Below, in pieces: positions 30,556 through 45,820 of a stretch of DNA of 64,000 nucleotides (position 1 is its first letter; every line of letters starts with the position of its first letter). The translations under genes were made by a program, and so were the position numbers. The notes under the pieces are model-generated. The model saw nothing but the letters and a program-made list of their open reading frames with translations, did not search any database and had not been told where the DNA came from. Origin of the DNA: the human T2T-CHM13v2.0 reference genome, Homo sapiens; assembly GCF_009914755.1 (NCBI RefSeq), contig NC_060936.1; one strand, written 5' to 3'.

Positions 30556-31871
30556 CTTCCTGGGCCATGATTCTTAGTGCTCTTTCTTTGAAAAGCTTTA
30601 CTTGGATTTACAAGCACCTTGTCCCATTGCTGATGCCATCAAACAACATGCTTAGTTTAAAAATCCAAACAGACTTGCACTCCCAATGAAAATTGCAAAA
30701 TTTTGCAAAATTTTCATTGGGAAAATTCCTCTGAGCATTGGAAAGCTTCTCCCAGGGTGATGAGGTTTCTCCCATATGTTCCCAGGGAAACCACCCTAGC
30801 CTCTGTCCACTGCAGAGGGAATGGCAGACCCGGACAGCTCTGACTGCCCGATTCACTAAACCGCACACACCAACTCCTGAAAACGCCACCACACGCTCTC
30901 AGGCACCAGCCGGAAAGTTCAGCCTGGCAAGTGTTTTGCAACCTCTCAGCATTTTGTGGTTCTACCGAATTAGCGTTTGGTATTGAATTAGTATTCATTT
31001 TCTCTAATATGATATAAAAGTATAATCACATTAGTGACTTTTATAGCACATTAGATTGTACATTTGGAACACATCCCTGCCTGAAACAGCTTAAAAAATA
31101 AAAAAAAAAAATAAAAATAAAAACCAGCCAACAATAATAACAAGCAAACCCGCTCACAAGCCCTGGCTTTTCCAGCTGGACTGCAGCAACCTGGATAGAA
31201 AATTCTTGCTTTCTGCCTCCTGGTCCCTACAGAGAAAGAATTTTCATTCCACCGCCCTGATTTGTGAAGCATTGAGTTTAAGACTTTAATAGTCGTTCCA
31301 AATGAATGTTTCTTTAATCCCGGGGCAGAAACGTAGGCTGTGATTGAGATGTAATTAATAGCACTAATTACTCTTCCCTTGCTCTGTATCCTTTCCCTCC
31401 TGCCCTCATCCCTGCTTCCCAAGAAACCTGATGGAAGCACCAGGAATGTTCCCCTTTTGCTCTAAGATGTTCCCCTTTTCTTCCTGCCCTCATCCCTGTT
31501 CCCCAGGAAACCAGTTAGCAGGCTCAGAGACTATCCCCATTCTAAACTCCTTATTTCGGAATATTTTCTCTGTCTCCCAGTGGTTCCTCCAGGGCTTTCC
31601 AGAATGTTTGATTTTCTAGAACCTGTTTTTCAGCCATCCTGGTGACTCAGCCAGTCATGAAGGTGATGCTCTAAAGAAGCAGCAGTCCATCACCTGACCC
31701 CTAGCGTCTTTCTCTGCAGTGACAGCCTCACTGATGCACTGGTCCAAACATGGGAAAGACTCCTGAAGGTCCCTGCCACCAGATGCCCAAAGCTGAGGAA
31801 CCCCATTCAGCAGCCTGGTGAGCCCAAAGCACAACCTTAGCAAACCATTTTCCACTACAAAAAGTAAACAA

Positions 31872-32298
<427 letters not shown>

Positions 32299-32779
32299 TC
32301 AGAGATGGGTAGAATCGCCCAGTATCAGAACAGACTTTGAGGGAGGCTGCATTTTGCATGCTAACCCTGAGAATTCACTGGCAGCTTCCTGGAGCTCTGC
32401 GTTGACAAGGATTCTTAGACTGCATTCTAGATCAGCAAAAGAGAGCCTCATTCAATCTATAAACATTTTGGAGCACTTACTATGTGCCAGGCACTAGTTG
32501 GGAGAGGCTGGTAATAGATACTAAAAGACCAGCTCATGCAAAACTCAAGCACAGGATAGAGTTGGCATCTTATTCTGAATGCATTGAGAAGCTATGGGAG
32601 GATTTTCCTTGGGGAAGTGCTAGGATCTGGTTTATGTTTCAAAGATTACAGCTTTAAAAAAAAAATCACTCTAGGTTGTGTATAGAGAATCAATGGAAAG
32701 GAGGAAGGAAGAGATGCCAAAAGGCCAGGTTCAAGGTTATTGCAGGTGAGGATGGGTGATGGATAAGAATTTATTTGAT

Positions 32780-33360
32780 TTGGGCTTTACATGAAAAGTC
32801 CAGTTGACCAAATTCATCGATGGTTTGGATTGCAGCATAGGAGTTGGTGATCCATTAGTAATGTCTACCATGGACACGGGAGGTGGCAGTGAGCATGCAC
32901 ATGCTACATATTTGTTATCTCTGCCTCATAAGTCATTCTTAGGTTGATGAGAGGGAGTGGGGAAGATGAAGAATCACTTAGGGATAGTAGTGTATAGCTT
33001 TAGCAACAGCTACAGATATTCCAGGAGATGTATTTGAAGAGGAATGTTCACTGGCCATTCCTGCAGACATTAAGCAAAGACATGGATTAGCACAACATCC
33101 ATGAGACCACATGAATGCCATGTTGTCTCCACCTGAAATTGTTTAGGAATCAGTAAAGCAACTGGGACCCTCAGAAGATGTAAAAATTAAACCAAATCCC
33201 TGGAGAGATGTGCAAAGGACCAATGTGATTCCACAGAGACGCAATCAGGAAGGTTCAAAGAAAAGAGGCAAGGCAGGAGGCCAACGATGGAACGGATAAT
33301 AGAAAAACAGTTTTCAATTATGTCAGGTGAAAACGGAGGATCAGGGATAGTCCCCTTCCC
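32780..33360 (+). mobile_element. Ancient CR1/L3 LINE ORF2 remnant
   Basis: 33244-33357 translates IRKVQRKEARQEANDGTDNRKTVFNYVR*KRRIRDSPL, resembling the CR1 ORF2 motif IRKAK..ELKLARDIKGNKKxFYxYxRSKRKxKDxVGPL; extent approximate. Confidence 0.55.
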
Positions 33361-33501
33361 CCTCTCTTCCTCACCTCACAAACAGGAAGGACCTGGTAAG
33401 GATGGGTGGGGTGTGGAGAGCAAATAGCAAATGACCTACTGGAAGCACCTTTGATTTTTTGTTGTTGTTTTCTGTCAATCCCCATCTTTTAAGAAGAATG
33501 A

Positions 33502-33833
<332 letters not shown>

Positions 33834-34315
33834 TTACACGATTTAAAACAAAACAAAAAAATCCTTTAGGAGAAGGGAAATGTTGTGAGATTATTATATT
33901 GAATAGGGCTATAAATGTAATTAAAACTTTCTACTTAAAGAAAAAAAAAGATACGAGGGCAGTCTGTGATTTTTGGCCCGGTCAGCCCAGCTTCCCTTCC
34001 TGGGAAGGGTCTAGAAAAAAGCTGTCAAATCATGAGCCAGTCTCTGCCCATGTACTCTTGGATGTAACAGCAGCAGTGTGGCCTTGGGAACAACACTCAG
34101 CCACAGAAAAACTTATTTCCTTCATGGACAGACAGGCTGGTCGTGAACACAGAGGGGCGCAGGAAATGGGAGCAAGGTGCTGTCCCTCAGGCCTGGGAAG
34201 GGGCTGTGTGGACCCCCATTTCTCAAGCCCAGCTGGTGTTCCGATCCCTCATCCCACTCAGACAGGTGTTGATAGTACCCACCTGAGAGCCCAACCCAGC
34301 TTCTCCTGCCAGGAT

Positions 34316-34625
34316 TTTGTTGTTGTTGTTGTTGTTGCTGGAAACAGGGTCTTGCTCTGTTACCCAGGCTGGAATGCGGTGGCGCGATCGTAGCTCGCTG
34401 CAACCCCAGCCACCTGGGCTCAAGTCATCCCGCCTACCTCAACCTTCAAAGGTAGCTGAGATTACAGGTGTGCGCCACCATGCCCAGCTGTTTTTTTTTT
34501 TTTTCCTAGAGAGAGGGGTCTCACTACATTACCCAGACTGGTCTTGACCTCCTGACCCCAAGCAATGCTCCTGCCTTGGCCTCCCAAAGTGCTGGAATTA
34601 CAGGCATGAGCTACTGAGCCCAGCC
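34316..34625 (-). mobile_element. AluJ with (GTT)n tail
   Basis: TSD CCTGC(C/A)AGGATTTT. Confidence 0.93.
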
Positions 34626-34836
34626 ACCTGCAAGGATTTTAGAAATACTTCCCAAGGGTTCTGAAGCTGGACCAGTTTGAGAACATTTTTGGGTAGCTCA
34701 TTTAAAAATATTAATTTTTTAAGGATGCATTATTTCATAAGCAACTGATCTGTAATTTTTAAAAATCAAGACATTAAAAATGATTTCAGAATAAACAATG
34801 AGTCTCCTGAACTTCCAGCCCCCTTCCGGCTATTCA

Positions 34837-35230
<394 letters not shown>

Positions 35231-35264
35231 GCAAAAGGAGTTAGGGGATGATTCCTTCTTTCCT

Positions 35265-36200
35265 TCAATATTCATTGAGCTCCTGCTGGGTGCTGGGCGC
35301 TGGGAATACAGCAATGAACAGAAGAATGTCTCCTGGGACAGGCAGCATAGGACGGGGCTAGGGGGACATTTGCTAAGCATGTCAACAAGTTGTGATAGAA
35401 GAATTACAAATTGTGATTCTGCAAAGAAACAGCATGCCATGGTTTGGAGGGCTATTAAATGGACCCCCTAAGGCTGAGGAATCAGACCAGTCAGAGATAG
35501 GTGTGTCTGGCCTGTGTGTGCAGGGTGCGTGTCAGAGTGTGTATGGGCAAGCATGTGTGTGCGGGCATCTGGGCGTATTCGGGACGTGTGTGTAGTGCAG
35601 GGTGTGTGTGAGTGTGTCTGAGCCTTCATCTCTGTGCCTGTGTGTCTGCATGTGCACACGTGCAGTGTGTCAGGGAGGGCCCTTCCTGGTCCAAGAACTC
35701 GCGTGACCCGGCACAGAGGGGGCGCGAGATGCGAGCAGGGAGCAGGGTGGCACTTGGCTGTGGAGGTCTCCTTGGCCACACGAAGGGGCCTGGGTTTTTG
35801 TCTCCATGTCCAGGGAGCCAATGGAGGGCTATGCAGAGGAGTGACGCAGTCCAGTGGCATTTTCAGGGGATTCCTCTGGAACAGCACCGTGGGGGGCAGG
35901 CGGTGGCCTGGAGGAGGAGGCTTGGTGACAGAAGATGGCTTGGACTTGGCCTTAGGAGTGGGGCTGATGGGGCTTGCGGTGATGATGTAATGTGTCGGGA
36001 TGGAATGAATGAAGATGACTCCCGGGCTCCTGGCCTGAACAGCTGGGTGGACTCCGTGCCGCTTCCTGCCATGGGGAAGATGCAGGGAGGAATAGCGGGA
36101 GCAGATGGGACGTGAGAGTGCAGAGTTCCCTTTTGGCTATGGGTTTGAAACCTGAGATGCCCATGGTCTCCCAGAGGGGTTATCAGGTCCGCAGTGGGTG
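35265..36200 (-). mobile_element. L2 remnant with TG-rich insert
   Basis: ATTCATTGAGCTCCTGCTGGGTGCTGGGCGCTGGGAATACAGCAATGAAC and downstream L2 body motifs; TG-rich 35500-35670. Confidence 0.6.
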
Positions 36201-36869
36201 GGTGGTGGAGCTCAGAGACCTGGGGGCTGGAGGTGAGCCCTGGGCTTGACCACAGACGGGGCAGACTGTGTCTCCTTGGCTCAAAGGGCCAGCCCTTGCC
36301 TGGCTGCCCTGGGCTCTGAGCCAGAGCCCTGGATCACTGGAAGGGTACTTAAGCATGGCCACTTTATCCCCATCAGCTGTCTCAGCACAGCCCCTGGGCT
36401 CTGATGGGCAACACCCATTAAAGGGATGCACCCTCTGGGGACTCAGCCCAAAATGAACCAGAATCACAGCAGCAGGGCTCCATAGGGCTGGGGGATCATG
36501 AGGTTGGTTCCCCCAGCATTGAGGCCTCAGAACACTGGGTCACCTCCCTGGAGGCTGGGACCAGCTTCCCAGAGTGGTTCATGTCACGCTTATCTCAGAA
36601 AATAAGGACACACTTTGTTACTGAAACACTCTCTTGCATGCCTTGGTTGATGGTAATCCTAACAGCTAATGTTGAGTATTTTACTGTGTGTCCGCCCTGA
36701 CTACCTATTGGCTCAGTTAATCCTCACAACAACCCCAAGAGGAAAGTTCTACAATTACTCTCATTGTACAGATGAGGAAACTGAGGTTCAGCAAAATAGT
36801 AGTTGCACAGCAGTATGGTGTAGACAGGACTGAAACAGGGCAGTTCAACTGCAAAACCCGTTCTCTTAG

Positions 36870-37310
<441 letters not shown>

Positions 37311-37905
37311 TAGAGTCGCACCACTAGTAAGCGGCATTGCCGGGCCTGGTGTGAAGCCCTGAACTCTCTCTCAGAGGTGAGAACTGCCCCTGGCCACCAG
37401 CCCCTGCCTTCCTCCACTGGAAGTGAAAGTCTCTGTTCCCCTACCCCAGCCCAAAGTATTCCAGTGACTGCCACGGGTGGGAGGTGGGGTTTCGTCCTTG
37501 GAGCTTTGGGCTTCTCAGAGCTCTGGGACCAGAGCTGGTGAGATCCTGTTGCAAGAGAAGCAGGCTTATCACGGGAGCCTGTGCATGGAGCCCTGGTGGG
37601 TGGGCTAAAGCCCATGTTGGATTGCAGCTGTATTGAAGCCCCACTGCTGGGATGTGCGGCCTTGGCCCACTTTGGGGGCTTGAGCCACCCTGTCCAGGAA
37701 GAACTCAATGGCTCACTGGGACAGCTCTCTCCATCACAGCGATGATGGGACAGTGCTGAACAGCTCACAAGCAGAGGAAGCTCTGTGGGTAATTGACTAC
37801 TTGTTTTAGCAAGTGCGTGTATGTTTCTTGAACCCATAATTGGAAACTCACACCCTAATTTAGACACCTACCTACTGAAGCTTCCAGAAGACCCTTGCTT
37901 GATTA

Positions 37906-38316
<411 letters not shown>

Positions 38317-38452
38317 CTAACCTCTTCATGCCTCAGTTTACCCACCTCATAGAATTGTTGTAAGAAGCAAACAAATGCTTAGAACTATATCTGGCATATA
38401 GTACTCACTTGGAGGCTGTTAGTTAAGTATTATTGACGGCATTGCTGTCTAA

Positions 38453-38605
38453 AATAGGTTTTTCTGCAAATGGCCAGACAGTAAATATTTTCTGCTTTAC
38501 AGGCCGCATGGTCTGTGTTGCAATGACTCAACCATTGTAACCGAATAGTGACGGTGGACAGTACCTCAATGAATAGATGTGGTTGTGCTCCAGTAAAACT
38601 TCGCT
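38453..38605. mobile_element. MER58A-like (hAT-Charlie)
   Basis: GGCCAGACAGTAAATATTTT...AATGAATAGATGTGGTTGTGCTCCAGTAAAACTT. Confidence 0.7.
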
Positions 38606-38639
38606 GTGACTTATATATGAGCCTGGGGGAGAAAAGTGT

Positions 38640-38922
38640 TTTTACCTGCGGGAGGATGTAACCCTAGGGCTGTCAGCAGCCATTGTCCCTCCATTCCTGG
38701 AGGAAGCCAGCCATGGTAAGAGAGAAGAAGGACAGCTCACAGGGGGTCAGATCCAACAGAAAGAGATCAAACCCTGCCAAGGTTGTTTGAACTGCTGGAT
38801 CCAGCCATACCTGAAACTACCTTGGCACCGTTTGGCTATATAAGCAGCAGTTTCCTTTTTATGCTTAAGCCACTTTGCATTAGGCTGCTGCTGCTTACAA
38901 CTTGAAGAGTGCCAAATAATAC
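38640..38922 (+). mobile_element. Old MLT1 (J/K/L-like) LTR 3' part
   Basis: CTGGATCCAGCCATACCTGAA...TTATGCTTAAGCCACTTTG...AGAGTGCCAAATAATACA. Confidence 0.7.
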
Positions 38923-39388
38923 AGGACTCTTCTCCTTCATCCCCCTGAATCCAGCCAGGAGGAGTCACTTGCCCACTTATTTCTGCTGACTCACGCCCAC
39001 CCATGCTTGCCAGGGGTCAAGTTACCCAGGGGCGTTCCTTAGTCCCCAACATAGAACCATGCCCCACACCTACTTTTCCTCTAGGAGTTTAAATCATTTC
39101 TCTTTTCTTTTCAAGGTTGTATAACCTTGAGCAGGTGACTTTGTCTCCATGAACCTTAATCCCTTCATCTGTCAAATGGGGCTAATCATTGGACCTAGGG
39201 CATAGGGTGAGTTAAAAAGATTAAATGGATTAATATCTCTATAGCACTTAGAACAGTCCCTGGCATGTAGTAAGTACTGTCTAAGCATATGCTGTTATTA
39301 TAATACTACCTGGAAACTGAACTCACAGACTCTCTGGGGGTTTTCCTGCAAAATGGAGGGAATTGTCAGCTCCCTGAGGCTGAGATTA

Positions 39389-39855
<467 letters not shown>

Positions 39856-40119
39856 TTAGAAGTCACGCAATAATTGCTTTGGGAGTTTATGAAACCTTGA
39901 GGCACAGAGGAATGTTAGGGGTCCCATGAGCAATTTGGGGATGTGAATGTTGGGGATTCACATCCTCACTGCTAACAGTGTGATGTTACAGTGTGGTCCA
40001 CAGTAGAACTGAATTGCTCATTAGAAATACAGAGACTTGTCCCTGCCTGTACCCCCTGTAGCAGAATCTGTACTTTAACAAGATCTCCAGGTGACTCGTG
40101 TGAAAATTAAAGTTTTAGG

Positions 40120-40295
40120 GCCAGCCATGGGGGGGAGAGGAGGAGGACAGATCAGAGGGAAGCAGAGCCAAGAGACAGAAATCAAACCCTGCGAATAGCA
40201 TTTGAACTGCTGGATCCAGCCATACCTGAAGCCACCACTCCACTGTTCAATTATATGAGCAATGGATTCCCTTTTTTTCTTAAGCTACTTTGTAG
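40120..40295 (+). mobile_element. Second old MLT1 (J/K/L-like) LTR fragment
   Basis: Homologous to 38706-38880. Confidence 0.65.
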
Positions 40296-40854
40296 ATGCT
40301 GTCAGAAGGGCCTCTGTGTCGTAAGGGACTAGGGGCTATTTATGCGGGTAAGGATGGGGTGGAGGCTATGATCCTATATGCCATTTTATTAGGAAAACAT
40401 TTGGTGTTTAGCTCTCTGGGTAGGGAAGAGATGCATCTTTCTGCCCCCTGAGAAAAGAGAAGTAGGAAGGTCATGGAGGGCCATGGTGACCCACATGGCA
40501 GGACGTCTTCAGAGCCAAACCAGAGTGACCTCATTGAGGCAGTGGCCTCCAGAAGTTGTCAAACAGAGTTAAGCACAGAAGATGCAAGGGTTTGGTGGAG
40601 AGTGGACACAGACTGTCGTCTGTCTCTACCAAGACGGTCAGTGTTATTGTCTCATGGCGGGGAATTTGGGCCACGTGCAGAGAACATGAACTTTAAAATC
40701 CACACAGAACTGGACTCAAATTCTGGTGCTGCTGCCACTTGCTCACTGTATGACCCTGGGTGAAGAAATATGTGTATCTGGGCCTCATTGTCCTTGTCTA
40801 CAAAATGGGGGTAAAAATAGCACTGACCTCATTGGGATGTGGAGAGTGTTCGTG

Positions 40855-41044
40855 CAGCAGTGACCAGAGCTGGTGGGTGAGAACCAGCTATAAGCATCGC
40901 CTCCCAGCTCCACGTGTAGTGACATCACAGCAGGGCTTGAAATTGACCATGGTGGGAAAATGTACACCATGGAAATGGTAAATATCAGAATTTGTCCTTT
41001 TTCTCCAGAGAGCTGGTTGTTTAACATTTACCAGCATCCTACTG
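40855..41044. mobile_element. MER63-like (hAT-Blackjack)
   Basis: GCTTGAAATTGACCATGGTGGG...GAGAGCTGGTTGTTTAACATTTACCAGCA. Confidence 0.6.
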
Positions 41045-41189
41045 GTGAAATGCCAAGACGTATTTAAATTGCTATCCACAGTGTTTGGTGGTGGTGATTA
41101 CTAATTACGATTATATTAAGCATGTTACTCTAATATTACTAATATGAAATGGTTTTCATGATTGCGCTTTCAGTGTGTCCACTTTGACT

Positions 41190-41497
41190 CTTTTTTGTTG
41201 TTGTTGTTTTTATAGACTGGGTGTCTCGCTGTCACCCAGGCTGGGGTGCAGTGGTGTGATCACGGCTCACTGCAGCCTCAACCTCCTGGGCTCAAGTGAT
41301 CCTCCTGCCTCAGCCTCCTGAGTAGCTGGGACTATAGGTGTGCACTATCACACCTGACTAACTTTTTTCATTTTTTTGTAAAGACGAAGTCTCGCTATTG
41401 TTGCCCAGGCTGGACTTGATCTTCTGGCCTCAAGCGATTCTCCTGCCTTAGCTTCCCAAAGCACTGGGATTACAGGCGTGAGCCACTACGCCCAGCC
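41190..41497 (-). mobile_element. AluJ
   Basis: Full dimer. Confidence 0.92.
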
Positions 41498-41629
41498 TGC
41501 GACATTTATTTTAACTGCTTGGAAGCCTTTTCTTCTAACCCTCTGGCTCCTAGCTCCATTCTGGAAAGCTGACATTATCAGTTAGCTGAGTTCTGAGTAG
41601 ACGACATACCGTAGATGGTAATACCCAAA

Positions 41630-41850
41630 CTAACATTTATTGAGCATGGACTAAGTGCCAGGCACTGGAAAAGCACTTCCTGCAGATATTCTCATTTAAC
41701 CCACCCAACAACTCTATGAGGTATGAACCCCATGTTGTGAACACAGCCCGAGGCTCAGAGAAGTTAAGTGACTTGCTCTGGTTTGCACAGCTGCTTGATG
41801 GAGGGGCCAGGCTTTGAACCCTCGCATTTTGACTGTAGAGTCTGTGCTTT
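41630..41850 (-). mobile_element. MIR
   Basis: AACATTTATTGAGC...GAGGCTCAGAGAAGTTAAGTGACTTGC. Confidence 0.75.
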
Positions 41851-42846
41851 CATCAGGAGGATCTGCAGAGGCTAAACGTGGAAGGGGCCGGTGTTTGGTC
41901 CCTGAGAGTGGACCCTCCTTGCTGGGAGGCTTGGGCGGGGGTAGCGGACACTGCCCAGGACCGAGAAGTCCTGACGGCATCATCTGCTTGGCGAACAGCA
42001 ACCGTCCAACTTTCTGGGACGCGTGCCGGCCGCATTCTGATTGGCGAGGGGATGTCTCTGTTGGAAGGGAATCTTGGCCACTTGCCCCTTGGCAGCAGGC
42101 TGCTGGCTGCCACGTGGAGTGCCGTTTGGAGGCGGTGGGAATTATTCGGCAACCTTGCCTGGGATAGCTTGGAATGGATTGTGGCAGGGCAGGGCGGGGG
42201 CTCTGCCAGTCTCCTAGACAGGCTGGCAGGGAGAGCGAGAGCGCCAGCACTGTCACAAGAAGCTCACAGTCTCAGCTTCTGCACTGTCCTCCCTGCCCCT
42301 GTCTGTCTCTGTCTCTTGCTATCCCTTGGCCTCTCTTTCTGCCAGGACTTGAGCTGACAGGTGGTTTGGCACCAAGGGAAGCACCATCCCCTGTCCCCAC
42401 AGGCCTTCTTTCCTTCACCTGCACTGAAGCTTAGGGGCTTTTGCTTCTTCCACTGTTCCCTATTTCCATCGAGATAAAGTTCACACTCCTTGACTTGGCT
42501 CGAAAACCTCTTGTGATATGACCCCTGCCTCTCGGTTCTGTAGCTTGTGCCCCTAAGTAGACCATGGGCTTCTCGAGGGGGAGGGCCTGTTTCATCCTCA
42601 ACTTTTTATTTTTCTGTAATGCCTAGCCCAGAGCTCACTCAGAACAAGTGGGTGAACTTGAAAGGCAAGGAGGGGTGACCCCCGTCCATGGTAGAAGGGA
42701 CCGAGTCACTTCAGGATTTGCAGTCATAGCCTGTGCTGCATCTTAAGGCAGATTTACCACGTTGTCAGATGCCATGCAAAGCTCTAAGTTTTTTCTGTTC
42801 CTATCTCATTTAATCCTCCTAACAATCCTATTAGGTTGGCCCTGGG

Positions 42847-43168
42847 TTTGTTTGTTTGTTTGTTTGTTTGTTTGTTTTTTTCTTTTTTGAGATGGAGTCT
42901 TGCTCTGTTGCCCAGGCTGGAGTGCAGTGGCATGATCTTAGCTCACTGCAACCTCTGCTTCCTGAGTTCAAGTGATTCTCATGCCTCAGCCTTCTGAGTA
43001 GCTGGAATTACAGGTACACGCCACCACGCCCAGCTAATTTTTGTATTTTTGTAGAGAAGGGGTGTCACCATGTTGGCCAGGCTGGTCTCGAACTCCTGAC
43101 CTCAAGTTAACCACCCACCTCTGCCTCCCAAAGTGCTGGGATTACAGTTGTGAGCCACTGCGCTCAGG
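42847..43168 (-). mobile_element. AluS with (TTTG)n tail, inserted in a MIR
   Basis: Full dimer; MIR motifs on both flanks. Confidence 0.93.
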
Positions 43169-44168
43169 GTACGCCCTGTTTTATCCCCATTTTACAGAGG
43201 AGGAAACTGAGGCACAGAGAGATCACCTAGAGAGGGCAGTGATAAGATTTGAACTCAAGCCAGTCCGGAGCCAAGCTGGCTGGAGTGAAGTCTTTCTAAA
43301 CTGCCCTGACAGATGTGCACCGTCTCAGCGCCGTTCCTCCCCAACCCATTTCCTGAGGCCTCATCAGACAGCAACCCAGTTTGTGGCTCCTCACCTCACC
43401 CCAACTCTGCTGTGTTCACACATCCTTGATGAATTAACCTGGGCAACACCAGCCCTGCCTGTCACACTGATAAAGGTAGAGCTGTGGAGATCTGGGTTGC
43501 AGAAGATGTCACAAGCCCTTCTCTCTGCCTGTCACCTGTCCCCTGCAGATTCCAGGGCTGCTCAGAAGTTTTGGAGAATAGCTGGAATGATCCTTATTGA
43601 TCTGATGGGTGGGTGTTTGGAAACAAGGAGAGACGCACTAAGTTGGTTCCTTCCAAGCAGGACCTCCCACCACACCAGAACCTCGTCCCGTCGGTCAAGG
43701 GTGGCCCATGTGGCTCAGCATGCTGGGGACTGATTGTTTCCACGTTCCCTAGCTCTGCCTGACAACAGAGCGACATTCCTGTGCCATCACAGGGGAGAGT
43801 CGCATTGTGTTAGTGACTCCCCATCAAACTGTGTCATATTGGGATTGTATTGTATTCATAGTTGTTTCCACTAATGTGATATGAAAGTTACTAATCGGAG
43901 AAGACTCCTGCATTGTATTAGGGAAAACAAATATTAATATGAGTCGATGGAAGTAGCTAATAAGAAACGCAAGTTGCTAATAGGACATGATGGATCAGTG
44001 GGAGGAATTTGGGTCGGGTGCTTGAACTTTTGTGGAATGCTCAGCCGGGTGGGGGTTGCAAGATGGCAGGAACTCTATGTTATAGTCGCTCAGAGTATGA
44101 AGGTCCATATCAGAGCCCCCTGCCTGCCCCCTCCCCCCACTGTCATCACTACCCCTCCATCTCACCTC

Positions 44169-44614
44169 TGTCCTGCATTGAATGGCATCCGCCAAAATTC
44201 ATGTCCACCTAGAACCTCAGGGTATGACCTTATTTAGAAACAGGGTCTCTGCAGGTGAAATCAGTTAAGATGAGGCCATACTAGAGTAGGGTGGGCCCTA
44301 AATCTAATGACTGATTGTACTTGTCAAAAGGCCACATGAAGACAGGGACACTCAGGGAGAAAGTCATGTGATGACAGAGGCAGGGATGGGAGCGATGCCA
44401 CAAGCCCAGCAACACCAAGGATGGCCGCGACCACCAGCAGCTGGAGGTGGCGAGGAAGGACCCTCCCCTGGAGCCTGCAGAGTGAGCGCAGCCCTGCCAG
44501 CCCACACCTTGATTTCAGACTTCCAGCCTCCAGAAGCGGGAGAGAAGACATTCCTGTTGTTTTAAACTCCCCTAGTTGGTGGTAATTCATCACAGCGTCC
44601 GTAGGAACAGAACC
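44169..44614 (+). mobile_element. MLT1C-like solo LTR
   Basis: CAAAATTCATGTCCACCTAGAACCTCAG...CACACCTTGATTTCAGACTTCCAGCCTCCAGAA. Confidence 0.85.
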
Positions 44615-45333
44615 CCCTTTCCCCACCATGCCCCAGAAAAGCAGGGATGGCCACAACCATACTCGTTTTATTCAAAGATAGCCAATCGGATCAGGGACAT
44701 TCTTCCACCCTCAGCGGGTCGGCCTGGCTGCCTAACCAGCCCTGAGGATGGAGGGCTGGCTCTCTCCCTGACTTTGTTCTTTTAAAGAGGAAAAAGCCTC
44801 CTCAGTGGCAGGGTGGTTGGCATATGGGCTCCGCAGCCTGCTTCGCGTCACGTTAATATGTGATTAAAGGGGTCTTAAAACGCCCATTAGTCCCCCTCTG
44901 GTATCTAATAGCGCTTTTGGATTTAGAACAGAATATTATTTACTCATTAGCTGATAATAGACCCTGAGTACACGCCTTATGTATTGGGACAATTATTAGA
45001 GTCGATTACACACAGAGACGTGGTTCTGCTGGGGTGGCTGGTGGCAGGCCAGGGTGGTCCAGAGGGCATGAGGGTGGCAGGGAATGACTATGGGCCATAT
45101 GTGGACAGCAGGGAGCCCGCTAGAGATTGTGTGTGGCAGCTGTGGATGGAAGCAAATTCCCTGTGCAAACAGGGCCACTGGATGCCCCATGCAAGGTACT
45201 AGGGGGAAGAATTTAAGGAAACTGCCTCCAAGAATTGGGGTGCCAACAGTAACAGCCCCTATGCAGCAGTAAGGGATTGCACTTGAGCATTCGTCCTGAG
45301 TCTCCCAGGATGAGAGTATTAAGAACAATAACT

Positions 45334-45631
<298 letters not shown>

Positions 45632-45718
45632 CTGCCCCCACCGTGGATCACAGGATAGGGTGATGTGCCCAGGATACACAGCTAGGAAGTGACTGAAGCT
45701 GGATGCACACCCCCAGCT

Positions 45719-45820
45719 CTTCTTTTTTTTTTTTTTTTTTTTTTTTTTGAGACGGTGTGTCACTCTGTCACCCAGGCTGGAATGCAGTGGCACGATCTCA
45801 GCTCACTGCAACCCCTGCCT
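45719..45820 (-). mobile_element. 5'-truncated Alu (right-arm end)
   Basis: poly-T followed by GAGACGGTGTGTCACTCTGTCACCCAGGCTGG. Confidence 0.88.

Noticed and set aside
43041-43733. 230-aa ORF
   Set aside because: Begins inside an antisense Alu and continues through a MIR; no domain or splice support
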